IMG/VR virus record: IMGVR_UViG_3300028888_000093
Coordinates: 1-64,000 of that record
Source of the DNA: a virus
Lineage: Duplodnaviria; Caudoviricetes
Reading direction: 5' to 3' (one strand)
DNA: 64,000 nt
Positions 1 to 8,903 of the stretch are shown here, piece by piece (positions within the stretch are counted from its first letter, which is position 1; each line of letters begins with the position of its first letter). The notes beneath the pieces are model-generated. The model was not told the DNA's origin and searched no databases. It worked only from the letters and a program-made list of their open reading frames with translations. Made by a program: the position numbers and the translations under genes.

Positions 1-2
1 AG

Positions 3-3000
3 TCAAACGAAGTAGAATACGAGAATTATATTTCACAGGACTGTCGGAAAATAATTTCAGCACAAACAACAACTTCAGAAAAGAAGAAAATCTATGTATA
101 TGTTTTGGATTGCGACGAGGGTTACAGGAAAAAAATGGAAGATGCCGCCAATTCGGAAATTGAGTCAGCATCACATGAAAAAACGGAAAAGGAAGATGAA
201 TTCAAAAAGAAAAAGGAAGAATTAACTGAAACACTCCTTGGTTTTAAACCTTCAATCAGAAACATGTATAACCTTGCTTTTGCACATATGGATACGTTCA
301 TATATTCATTTAACGACATGTTAAAGCACATCAACACGGATATAACAAACGGAACCAGAAGCAAAAACCTGGTAGAAACAGAGACAACTAAAACGACAAT
401 AGAGACTGATTTAACAGACTATCTGACAGACATTCCACCGTTTCCAGCCTTATATTGTACAGAAGAGAAAAACTGGGCGGAAACAAAGACACAGCAAAAG
501 GTTGCGAAGTGGCTTGAAGACATTGGAGGTGGATTTGAAAACTTTGAAGAGGTTAGATTTGTCAATGACTTGTTACGTGCTGTTTTGATGTATACTGATA
601 ACGTCATTTCGAACGAAAAACGAAAGGAAGAAATGGCAAATTTGTCTGCGGGCACAAGTACAAACCAAGAACAATACACAAATGTTGTTTTTGACTCATA
701 TTCATTTATCCCGACAACTAATTATGACTTTAACAACTATGCCATATCACCGTATGCCAATTTGAAGAACATATATTTGTCAAACGAAGAAGAGGCTATA
801 AGTTCAACGCTTTTCATTTTTGCAAACAGGGCTTTTTATCATTTCCTGGCACATCCAAACAGCGAAAACAATTCAGCCAAATCTTTTGGATTATTGGAAG
901 CGTATAATTTTTACAAGGGTGTTGGCAAACCAAACTCACAAACAGTAAAAACGTTTGTAGACAATCTTGACAACATTGACATTCTCAGTGTTTGCACAAC
1001 AAATTCAAAGAACCAATATACAAATTCATGGCATAATCTTGGAAGTAATTTCAACCATACATTATTTACCACAAAAAATGACAAGGAACTGTTTGCGGCA
1101 TTAAGAGGTAAAAACAAGAATATTGGTGAGACAAAGGTTTACAGGGCAATACCAATAGGTGTCTTCACACCAACAGAAGTCAAAAGTGAAATGGGTGGGG
1201 ACAGGAACTGGAGGAAACTTTCTTTAAGCGACAAAGTGCTCTTGACAGATAATCTGCCATATGGAAGCGAAGGTGTCGGATTAAGTGGCAACACTTTTAT
1301 AATAAACGATTCAAATATTAATGTGTTGTCCAATATCAACAACTCTGTTTTGGGGAAAATAGACAAATTTGAAAAGTTAAAAGATTACAGGTCGGATGCC
1401 AAGTTTTTATATACAGATGGTTTGTATTCGAATATCACAAATTTAAATTTGAAAAATTCAGATAACATATTTTGTGATTCAGAAGGAAAAAATATAACAT
1501 ACAGTGATGCTATTGCTGATAAAAACAATGCATATGTATTAAAAGCGCCGTTATCAATACCCAACAAAAAAACAAACATAAACGGTGTTGAAACAAGCAC
1601 GCCAGCAAACAATTTCATGTATGCTGTTGCAAACAGTGTTTTGGGGTTGGATGATGACCAAATGAAAAACATAGCAAAAGAAATCAAAACAGGAACATAT
1701 CCGAAGATTTATCTATTGCTTGCTGGTTTCATGTATCACGGAGGCACATATGAGGGCAACTTAAATAAACTTTCAATATATGAGCCTTACAATCACCCTA
1801 AACAAAGAGCTTTAACTGAGTATTATTTAAAATGGGTTAAAAAGAACAAATCCAACATAGAATATTTTATAAACAACTACTCATCTTTCCGTAACATAAA
1901 TGTCGGATATTCTGGTAGCGGTGATTTTTCCGTCAAGTCAAAACTAAACGATTCAACAACAAGGGAAAATTTCAAAAAAATCCAGGCTATTTTGAGAGAT
2001 GTTCTTTTGGAAACAGTCTGTGTTGTGGATTATTGTGGTGATATACATTATTACGATGAAAAATCTGAAAAAATGTCATATCACAACAGTATATCTAAAA
2101 ACGCACTGACAAAATCGTTTGAATATTTTAAAATAGCCATAAAGTCGTTATATGAGGATTTCAACCCAAGTGAAGCGGAAACATATGAGAACCAACAGAC
2201 AAACGACATGGCTGTTATGTTTGAAAACAAGGATTTGAAACTTTCATTGTATCTAACACTTAAAACATTATACGACAAGTGGCTTTGTGCACCATACAAA
2301 GGAGACGACACATGGAATTATGCTTCACAAAACAGTGATTTCAGTACATTTACATATATTGACACATTGTATAACGACATAGGTTGGAATCTTAGTGTAA
2401 ATCTCACTTCAATAACAGAATGGATGTCCCAATGCATACCGACATCAAACATTGAAACAACAGAGGGTGATGTGACATATAACAATGCAAGCGTATATGA
2501 ATATCTTGCGAGAATAGCACAGGACACTGGAGGTATATTAATGGCTTTCCCACAGACAATAGGCGGAATTGACGCCGAATCAATGGCGAACATGTTCAAA
2601 GCCATGCCATATTTCAGCAATTGGGACACTGACAGTTCAACTTTCGTATATGTTTATCATTATAAACCATCTGAGCATTTGGGCACTGGACAATATGCGG
2701 ATGACGGATTCCAATTGGAAAGTGACGAGGCTGAATTCATTTTTTCCAACAACAATGGAAATGGAAAGAAAGTTCCAGGGTTTGGTGTTACATTTGCAAA
2801 GCAAAACCAATCTTATTTCAGTAATTTGTCATTAAACACGGAAAATGCTGCCGTAACGGAAGCATCTATAGCTGCGACTGGATATATTGCGGCAAAAGGC
2901 TCAACATTACCGCAGTCAACAACATTGTTCGGTCAGGATTTGTATAAAGTCAGAACATCATATTCATATCAATGTGAATTTGATATGATGGGCAACATGC

Positions 3001-4076
3001 AGGTAATGCCTTTAATGTATTTCCAATTAAACAATATACCGTTTTGGAATGGTGCATACATGATATACAAAGTATCACACAACATAACACCTGGAAATGT
3101 GACAACACATGTTGCTGGATTCAGGATAAATAAATATAGTTTACCTCTGACAGACGGTTCCGTTATTACAACAAGAAAAGCATATGGTTCTGGTATTCAA
3201 TATTTGGCTATTGCTCATCTTACAGACGACGAGTGGAAAATTCCAGAGAATCCAGATGTAACACAATATGATTTCAACCCTCAGAATGTGACGGACAGGA
3301 ATCCAGTTATATGTGTTGTTCCAGCACATGGACCAAACTTTAACAATAGAACTGCGGAATGGTGGTGGAGTAATGATGTTGTTGACAGAACATGCAAGCT
3401 TTTAAATTCACATTCATTCTATGATGGTGACGGAAACAAATATAATTACAACGTCCAGAAATGCAACAAAGACGGTGCTTTCACAACCCATAACAGTTGC
3501 AGTATGACACAGGTTCAACACATAATAGAAACATTCCCAGGAAAGGTTATTGTGTATGTTCCGCACTGGGGAAACAACAGCAGAGCTGGAAGCAAGATTT
3601 ATTATGGTGGAAAGAACAAGGATGGTGAAATGAAAATATTCGACGGTTCCAAGATGTTTGCAACAATATTGGCTGGAAGAATAAAAGATTTTATTGACAA
3701 TGGAGAACACAAACACGCAACTCCTGGTATGTTCATTGACAACACAAGTAATCCAGAGTGTGTTAAGGTCACAACATTAAACGATGGATATCTCGAAGAG
3801 TTGACGGTTGCTTGCCCGACAATAGCACCTCAATTCTGGTCTGACGGATATCCGAAAACAGAAGCGTGCAAGAAAGCCACAACCAGAACATCGTTACAGG
3901 TCGAAAACGCTCCATATCAGGAAAAAGATGCAAACGGTGTTTACAAATTGTCACAAGGCTGGATGATGTCCGATGAAGGAAAGAATGCAGTTGCCAATAT
4001 ATCATATGAAGCGATAAGCAGGTTTATATCTTCGCTCCCATATGACAAAAACGAAGATTTCAGTTTGAATGATTAA
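3..4076 (+). CDS. Large tail/baseplate hub protein with C-terminal Amidase_3-like domain (5'-truncated)
   Basis: Frame is open from nt 3, so the true start is upstream of the window. Hub-like segment SYQCEFDMMGNMQVMPLMYFQLNNIPFWNGAYMIYKVSHNITPG. C-terminal amidase-like Zn ligands CVVPAHG, AEWWWS and YVPHW, and terminal helix EGKNAVANISYEAISRF. Confidence 0.7.
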   Translation, partial: SNEVEYENYISQDCRKIISAQTTTSEKKKIYVYVLDCDEGYRKKMEDAANSEIESASHEKTEKEDEFKKKKEELTETLLGFKPSIRNMYNLAFAHMDTFIYSFNDMLKHINTDITNGTRSKNLVETETTKTTIETDLTDYLTDIPPFPALYCTEEKNWAETKTQQKVAKWLEDIGGGFENFEEVRFVNDLLRAVLMYTDNVISNEKRKEEMANLSAGTSTNQEQYTNVVFDSYSFIPTTNYDFNNYAISPYANLKNIYLSNEEEAISSTLFIFANRAFYHFLAHPNSENNSAKSFGLLEAYNFYKGVGKPNSQTVKTFVDNLDNIDILSVCTTNSKNQYTNSWHNLGSNFNHTLFTTKNDKELFAALRGKNKNIGETKVYRAIPIGVFTPTEVKSEMGGDRNWRKLSLSDKVLLTDNLPYGSEGVGLSGNTFIINDSNINVLSNINNSVLGKIDKFEKLKDYRSDAKFLYTDGLYSNITNLNLKNSDNIFCDSEGKNITYSDAIADKNNAYVLKAPLSIPNKKTNINGVETSTPANNFMYAVANSVLGLDDDQMKNIAKEIKTGTYPKIYLLLAGFMYHGGTYEGNLNKLSIYEPYNHPKQRALTEYYLKWVKKNKSNIEYFINNYSSFRNINVGYSGSGDFSVKSKLNDSTTRENFKKIQAILRDVLLETVCVVDYCGDIHYYDEKSEKMSYHNSISKNALTKSFEYFKIAIKSLYEDFNPSEAETYENQQTNDMAVMFENKDLKLSLYLTLKTLYDKWLCAPYKGDDTWNYASQNSDFSTFTYIDTLYNDIGWNLSVNLTSITEWMSQCIPTSNIETTEGDVTYNNASVYEYLARIAQDTGGILMAFPQTIGGIDAESMANMFKAMPYFSNWDTDSSTFVYVYHYKPSEHLGTGQYADDGFQLESDEAEFIFSNNNGNGKKVPGFGVTFAKQNQSYFSNLSLNTENAAVTEASIAATGYIAAKGSTLPQSTTLFGQDLYKVRTSYSYQCEFDMMGNMQVMPLMYFQLNNIPFWNGAYMIYKVSHNITPGNVTTHVAGFRINKYSLPLTDGSVITTRKAYGSGIQYLAIAHLTDDEWKIPENPDVTQYDFNPQNVTDRNPVICVVPAHGPNFNNRTAEWWWSNDVVDRTCKLLNSHSFYDGDGNKYNYNVQKCNKDGAFTTHNSCSMTQVQHIIETFPGKVIVYVPHWGNNSRAGSKIYYGGKNKDGEMKIFDGSKMFATILAGRIKDFIDNGEHKHATPGMFIDNTSNPECVKVTTLNDGYLEELTVACPTIAPQFWSDGYPKTEACKKATTRTSLQVENAPYQEKDANGVYKLSQGWMMSDEGKNAVANISYEAISRFISSLPYDKNEDFSLND

Positions 4077-4084
4077 CGTTGTAT

Positions 4085-4113
4085 TTGTTTTTCTTCAAAA
4101 AACAATGTAAAAT
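4085..4113 (+). promoter_or_regulatory. sigma70-type promoter TTGTTT-N17-TAAAAT
   Basis: TTGTTT 4085-4090, 17-nt spacer, TAAAAT 4108-4113, just upstream of GTG at 4133. Confidence 0.55.
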
Positions 4114-4132
4114 TGAAGAAAAAAAATACAAA

Positions 4133-4717
4133 GTGAGGTATATTGCTAACATTTTAACAAACGGAAGATTCGAAAACGAAGAATTGTTCAATGTTGTCAA
4201 ACAAATTGATGACATAGACAATAAATTGCCGACACTTGTAATTGGATGGGAATGTGTAAAAAAATTCTTTGGAGATGCAAACACAATGGATTGGCGAATA
4301 AAAGACAATATATACTGGACTTTCGGGACAAGAGAGAGAAGGGATAGAAACGAGCGTGACATAGCCAAGTTCACACTTATGGTCACAAATGAATATTCGT
4401 CTTCTGTAAAATATTCATTCATAAACATTTTCAGATTATCAAAAGATGATAAAATTAAATTGGTCAACAAAATAAAAACAACAAAACACGGAACATTCTA
4501 TTTTTATAATGATGTTGTGTATTTGAATTTGGATATAGATAACGTTATTGGTATATCCCTCAAAGACATTGACTATTGCGGATGTGACAGGAAGAAACTT
4601 TTATCAATAATTTATATGAACAGGAATTTGAATCAAATAACAAACGAAATGGTTCCGATTTCTATTAGAAAAACGTTCATATCAACTGTTTATGTAATAC
4701 CTACGCTATTTTTTTAA
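4133..4717 (+). CDS. Hypothetical phage protein
   Basis: ORF track 4079..4717. GTG at 4133 preferred because the track's TTG start lies upstream of the predicted promoter. Motif LPTLVIGWE..YWTF; function not recognised. Confidence 0.7.
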   Translation: MRYIANILTNGRFENEELFNVVKQIDDIDNKLPTLVIGWECVKKFFGDANTMDWRIKDNIYWTFGTRERRDRNERDIAKFTLMVTNEYSSSVKYSFINIFRLSKDDKIKLVNKIKTTKHGTFYFYNDVVYLNLDIDNVIGISLKDIDYCGCDRKKLLSIIYMNRNLNQITNEMVPISIRKTFISTVYVIPTLFF

Positions 4718-4726
4718 CATTGAATA

Positions 4727-4734
4727 CTATTTAT
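4727..4734 (+). promoter_or_regulatory. Putative late promoter CTATTTAT
   Basis: Same octamer recurs 14-30 nt upstream of seven gene starts. Confidence 0.65.
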
Positions 4735-4764
4735 AGGAAATAAAAAACGACAAATTTAAAAATC

Positions 4765-5046
4765 ATGGGATTGAGATTTGTACATAAAGTAGGTCGTGAC
4801 AGACCGACAGAAGGTGTGGTGCCACATACTTCTATCGATTCTGTTGAAGTAGAAACGCCTAAAAAGAATAAGAAAACAAAAAAAGACAATATGAATACTT
4901 TAGAGCAAATTGAGACTGCCGAGGAATTGGCCAAGGAATTGCAACCAGAGGTTAAGGTTGTTAAAAAAGAAAGAGGTCTTATCGAAAGAACAGAATCTTC
5001 AAAAATAATCTTGACGGAAGACAATCGTCAAGTCCTTAATGATTAA
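4765..5046 (+). CDS. Small hypothetical late protein
   Basis: 93-aa ORF after the late motif; ends KKERGLIERTESSKIILTEDNRQVLND. Confidence 0.75.
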   Translation: MGLRFVHKVGRDRPTEGVVPHTSIDSVEVETPKKNKKTKKDNMNTLEQIETAEELAKELQPEVKVVKKERGLIERTESSKIILTEDNRQVLND

Positions 5047-5854
5047 GAAAACAATGGACAAACAGCAAGTTATATTGGAATTCAAGAAGCACCTGAACGA
5101 ATATATAAACATTGGCTCAACAATTTCAGAGGTTGGAAATGACGATATGACACCTCAAGATGGACAACAGGACAATCTTTTTGGCGGAGATATGGGTGGA
5201 GACCCGACTCAAGGAGGACAGGTTGGTGGTGATATGGGAATGGCCCCAGACGCTGGAATGCCAGGACCAGAACAAAATCAAGCTCCTGGACAAGAAGGTG
5301 AAACAGCCACGCCTCCAGAAGGATTCGCCCCACAAGGTGTGGACCCGAACAGTGGAATTGACGGTATGGGTGGACAGGAAGTGGACAATGGTCAAATGGC
5401 ATCACAGCCTGAATCTACTGAGGAAGAGGAGGTTATAGATGTTGACGATTTGACTGACTCACAAGAGGAAACAGAGAAAAAAATAGATTCATTGAACCAT
5501 AAATTCACCAAACTGATGGATACAGTTGATTCTATCAGCAAAAAAATAGAGACAATGGGTGATGACACAAACAAATACATTTCATCATTAAAGGATGAAT
5601 TTGAAAAAAGAAACCCAACACCAATGCAAAGAATGTCAATGCGTTCAACAAAGTCAACTCCATATAATGTAACAACCGATGAATACATGAACAACTATGC
5701 ACCAGACAACTATAGTCAAGAAGATGACAATAATGGCGCGGATGACCCTCAATATAAGATAACCAGAAACGATGTTGACGGATTTTCTGATTATGCTTCA
5801 ATTGAAAGAGAATTGGACAACAAGCGCTCACTTAGAGACATACTTGGTTTTTAA
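5039..5854 (+). CDS. Putative prohead core/scaffold-like protein
   Basis: 271 aa with N-terminal HLNE, a G/P/Q/M-rich disordered segment, acidic EEEEVIDVDDL and a coiled coil. Function is inference. Confidence 0.45.
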   Translation: MIKKTMDKQQVILEFKKHLNEYINIGSTISEVGNDDMTPQDGQQDNLFGGDMGGDPTQGGQVGGDMGMAPDAGMPGPEQNQAPGQEGETATPPEGFAPQGVDPNSGIDGMGGQEVDNGQMASQPESTEEEEVIDVDDLTDSQEETEKKIDSLNHKFTKLMDTVDSISKKIETMGDDTNKYISSLKDEFEKRNPTPMQRMSMRSTKSTPYNVTTDEYMNNYAPDNYSQEDDNNGADDPQYKITRNDVDGFSDYASIERELDNKRSLRDILGF

Positions 5855-5861
5855 AAAAATA

Positions 5862-5906
5862 AACGGTGTGATGATGTTAATTATGTTGTCACACCGTTGT
5901 TTTTTT
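5862..5906 (+). terminator. Intrinsic terminator
   Basis: AACGGTGTGA...TCACACCGTT stem followed by a T tract. Confidence 0.8.
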
Positions 5907-5925
5907 GCTGAAAAATTTGTATATT
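5897..5925 (+). promoter_or_regulatory. sigma70-type promoter TTGTTT-N17-TATATT
   Basis: TTGTTT 5897-5902 and TATATT 5920-5925, upstream of the SSB gene. Confidence 0.55.
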
Positions 5926-5994
5926 AATATATATTGTCTTAGACAATTTTAATCATAAAACTTTAAAAATAATTTGAATTAATTTAATTTGAAA

Positions 5995-6966
5995 ATGGGA
6001 AAAATGTTAGATTTACCCAACATCACACCGCAGTCAATTGTGGTTGAAGACACGCCTAAAGAGAAGGTGCACAGCAATTTTGATGTTAAAAACTACTTAA
6101 ACATCAAATTAGGTCCAAATGAGACGACAAAAACATTAACCATCAGATTATTACCGATGGATTTAAAAACTGGAAACCCGTTTGCGAGGGTGCATGTCCA
6201 CAACGTGAAAGTTCCAAAGGAAATGGTTAAGCCAGGAGACAAGCCTTACAAATCATTTATTTGCTTAAAGAAAAACAGAGACATTGACCACGATAAATTC
6301 GGTTCAAAATGTCCTTATTGTGATTTGAATTACACTGCATATCAGGAGTCTGTAAACACCGACGACCCAGCCAAAAAGAAGATGTATCAAAAAATATCGC
6401 TTGAAAATCTTGCACAGGAAGCGGTTATTGTACGTTGCATTGAGAGAGGCAAGGAGGACGAAGGTGTCAAATTCTGGAAATTCAATATCAGAAGTGACAA
6501 GACAGACCCGTATAACCAAATTATAAATCTGTACAATTTAAGAAAGGAAAACGCCGAAAGAAAGGGAAAAACGGAAAACATCCTTGACATTTACAACGGA
6601 AGGGACTTGAATGTGACCATCACAGCTGAAGGAACATCAGCACCAACAATTGTTGATGATAGTGACAGAAGTCCTCTTTCAGGAAATGAAGAGCAAATGT
6701 GTGAGTGGATTTTTGACCCGAAGAAATGGCAAGACGTGTTTACTTGTAAACCATTCGAATATTTGTCTCTTGTTTCACAAATGAGAATTCCATGGTTTGA
6801 CAAAGCAAACGGTATTTGGATTGACAAGGATGAGTATGATGAAGCTCATAATGCAAAGGTTGCAGAAGCAGACAAAGAAATTAACGCTGCTGAGAAACAA
6901 GTGAAGGAAATGCTTGATAATTCAAATGCAGAAGCCAGCAATAACGAAGAAGAGCTTCCATTCTAA
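5995..6966 (+). CDS. Single-stranded DNA-binding protein, T4 gp32-like
   Basis: IRLLP, Cys motif C..CPYC, KFWKF, acidic tail EEELPF; next to tdk and uvsX. ATG at 5995 preferred over TTG at 5989. Confidence 0.75.
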   Translation: MGKMLDLPNITPQSIVVEDTPKEKVHSNFDVKNYLNIKLGPNETTKTLTIRLLPMDLKTGNPFARVHVHNVKVPKEMVKPGDKPYKSFICLKKNRDIDHDKFGSKCPYCDLNYTAYQESVNTDDPAKKKMYQKISLENLAQEAVIVRCIERGKEDEGVKFWKFNIRSDKTDPYNQIINLYNLRKENAERKGKTENILDIYNGRDLNVTITAEGTSAPTIVDDSDRSPLSGNEEQMCEWIFDPKKWQDVFTCKPFEYLSLVSQMRIPWFDKANGIWIDKDEYDEAHNAKVAEADKEINAAEKQVKEMLDNSNAEASNNEEELPF

Positions 6967-7589
6967 TGAGGGGACATTTATATTTCAAATATGGGTGCAT
7001 GGCGTCTGGCAAAAGCATGCTGCTTATGGCGCTTGCACACCATTTCAATGAACGCGGAATCGAGTTTCTGATAATGAAACCAGATATTGACACAAGAAAC
7101 GGAGAAAATACAGTTTTTTCAAGGGCTTTAGGTTCAAAAGAATGTTTTTCAATCGGAAGAAATGATGATTTATATTCTTTGATATCGGATTATGTTGAAA
7201 GCAACACAGCACTTGGCGTATCTTCACTTAAATGGATTTTGATTGACGAAGCACAGTTTCTAACACATCAACAAGTTGACGAACTGGCTAAGATTGTTGA
7301 CTTAATTGGAATAAACGTGATTTGTTATGGCTTAAGAACCGACTTCAGAACCAACTTGTTTGAAGGTTCAAAAAGGCTTTTTGAGGTTGCTGATAAAATC
7401 GAGGAAATTAAATCAAGCTGTTATTGCAACCATAAGGCAATTTTTAACGTCAGGGTTGATTCAAACAAAAACCTAGTAATCGACGGAGACCAAGTTGAAA
7501 TTGGCGGAGACGACAAATATATCACGCTTTGCAGAAAATGTTTTTACGAAAAATTACAAGAATTACAAGAAAATTTAACAAAAGAATAA
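6966..7589 (+). CDS. tdk: Thymidine kinase
   Basis: YGCMASGKS P-loop, IDEAQFL, YGLRTDF, Zn lasso CYC...CRKCF. Confidence 0.95.
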   Translation: MRGHLYFKYGCMASGKSMLLMALAHHFNERGIEFLIMKPDIDTRNGENTVFSRALGSKECFSIGRNDDLYSLISDYVESNTALGVSSLKWILIDEAQFLTHQQVDELAKIVDLIGINVICYGLRTDFRTNLFEGSKRLFEVADKIEEIKSSCYCNHKAIFNVRVDSNKNLVIDGDQVEIGGDDKYITLCRKCFYEKLQELQENLTKE

Positions 7590-7615
7590 TAATTTAAATT
7601 AAAATTTATATAATA

Positions 7616-8827
7616 ATGGCTCAACCAAGTAAAAAAACACCGATTAAGAAAAAAGCCAGTATATCAGATTTGAAAACAAAAATGGGTTTTGGCGTAAAAG
7701 TCGAAAAGGGTGAAATTCAAGGTGCAAGCAACGCTGACAAACCAATCGATTGGATTATTATGCCAAAGGCATTTCAAGACGCTGTAAAGCTTCCTGGATT
7801 TCCAACTGGCTATGTATCAACCATTTGCGGTCATTCTAATACTGGAAAATCCACATTGGTAAACCATGCAATTGTTGCTGCACAAAGACAGGGAATCATT
7901 CCTGTGATATATGATACGGAAAATAATTTTGATTTCAATTATGCTATTGACATGGGCATGGACGCAAGTCCAGTTTATGGTGAAGTTGATGTTGAAGTTA
8001 TAGATGAAGAAACTGGTGACGTTAAAATCGTCAAGGAAAATAGAATAATTGAATATGATGGTCCGTTTTTTTATTTCAATAATGCAATTTTAATTGAAAG
8101 ATACGGGGATATTGACTATTCCACAGGTAAAAAAACAAGTAAAAAGCGTCATAAGGCAGTAATTGAAGATATGGTTTATTCAATTAATGAATTTCTTGAA
8201 TATCAAGCAAATGGGGACATTGAACAAGGTTTTTTGTTTATTTGGGATTCTGTTGGAAGTATCGGTGGTTTAAAAGCTTATAACAGTAAAGTAGGAAACC
8301 CGATGTTCGACGCTGGTACAATTTCGGCTGCTATGCAAGATATTATGGACAGCTCAATACCATCATCAAGAAAGGTTTCTTATCCATATACAAATACATT
8401 GATATTAGTAAATAAGGTTTGGTTAGATGCAACAACTAATCCAGTAGGTCCCCCAAGTCTTGAAATGAAGGGTGGAAAAGCAATTACATATCGCTCAAGA
8501 TTAATTTTATTGCTTGGTGGCCAACTAAAGGCTTCCATTAAAAGGCTGACGGCTACATCAAAAGGTTTAAATTACAATTGGGGGGTTCAAACGAAAATTA
8601 AAGTTTTGAAAAATCAATTACCGTCACCATATGATTTGACTTATGAGGGTGAATTTATATGTACTGGTTTTGGAATCATAGGAACAGATAAAGAAGAACA
8701 GGAGGAATATAAAAAGAATAAGGTTCCGATTATCATGAAAAGAATTGCTGAAAAAGATAACAAACAAGATGTCGTGTTCGATGATATTCAGTTTGGAGAG
8801 GAAACAGAGGAAAGTGTTGAATTATAA
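7616..8827 (+). CDS. uvsX: RecA/UvsX-like recombinase
   Basis: Walker A GHSNTGKST, YDTE, FIWDSVG, LVNKVW, KGGKA, KVLKN. Confidence 0.85.
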   Translation: MAQPSKKTPIKKKASISDLKTKMGFGVKVEKGEIQGASNADKPIDWIIMPKAFQDAVKLPGFPTGYVSTICGHSNTGKSTLVNHAIVAAQRQGIIPVIYDTENNFDFNYAIDMGMDASPVYGEVDVEVIDEETGDVKIVKENRIIEYDGPFFYFNNAILIERYGDIDYSTGKKTSKKRHKAVIEDMVYSINEFLEYQANGDIEQGFLFIWDSVGSIGGLKAYNSKVGNPMFDAGTISAAMQDIMDSSIPSSRKVSYPYTNTLILVNKVWLDATTNPVGPPSLEMKGGKAITYRSRLILLLGGQLKASIKRLTATSKGLNYNWGVQTKIKVLKNQLPSPYDLTYEGEFICTGFGIIGTDKEEQEEYKKNKVPIIMKRIAEKDNKQDVVFDDIQFGEETEESVEL

Positions 8828-8832
8828 CGAAT

Positions 8833-8863
8833 AAGTGCGGTTATCATGCCGCACTTTTCTTTT
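8833..8863 (+). terminator. Intrinsic terminator
   Basis: AAGTGCGG-loop-CCGCACTT plus T tract. Confidence 0.85.
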
Positions 8864-8875
8864 AACATAAACAAA

Positions 8876-8883
8876 CTATTTAT
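8876..8883 (+). promoter_or_regulatory. Putative late promoter CTATTTAT
   Basis: Between the uvsX terminator and ATG 8904. Confidence 0.65.
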
Positions 8884-8903
8884 TGTAAATATTATTATTT
8901 AAT

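Noticed and set aside
5150-5460. GC-richer G/P/Q/M low-complexity segment with several overlapping ORFs
   Set aside because: Explained by the amino-acid composition of the disordered region of the 271-aa protein.
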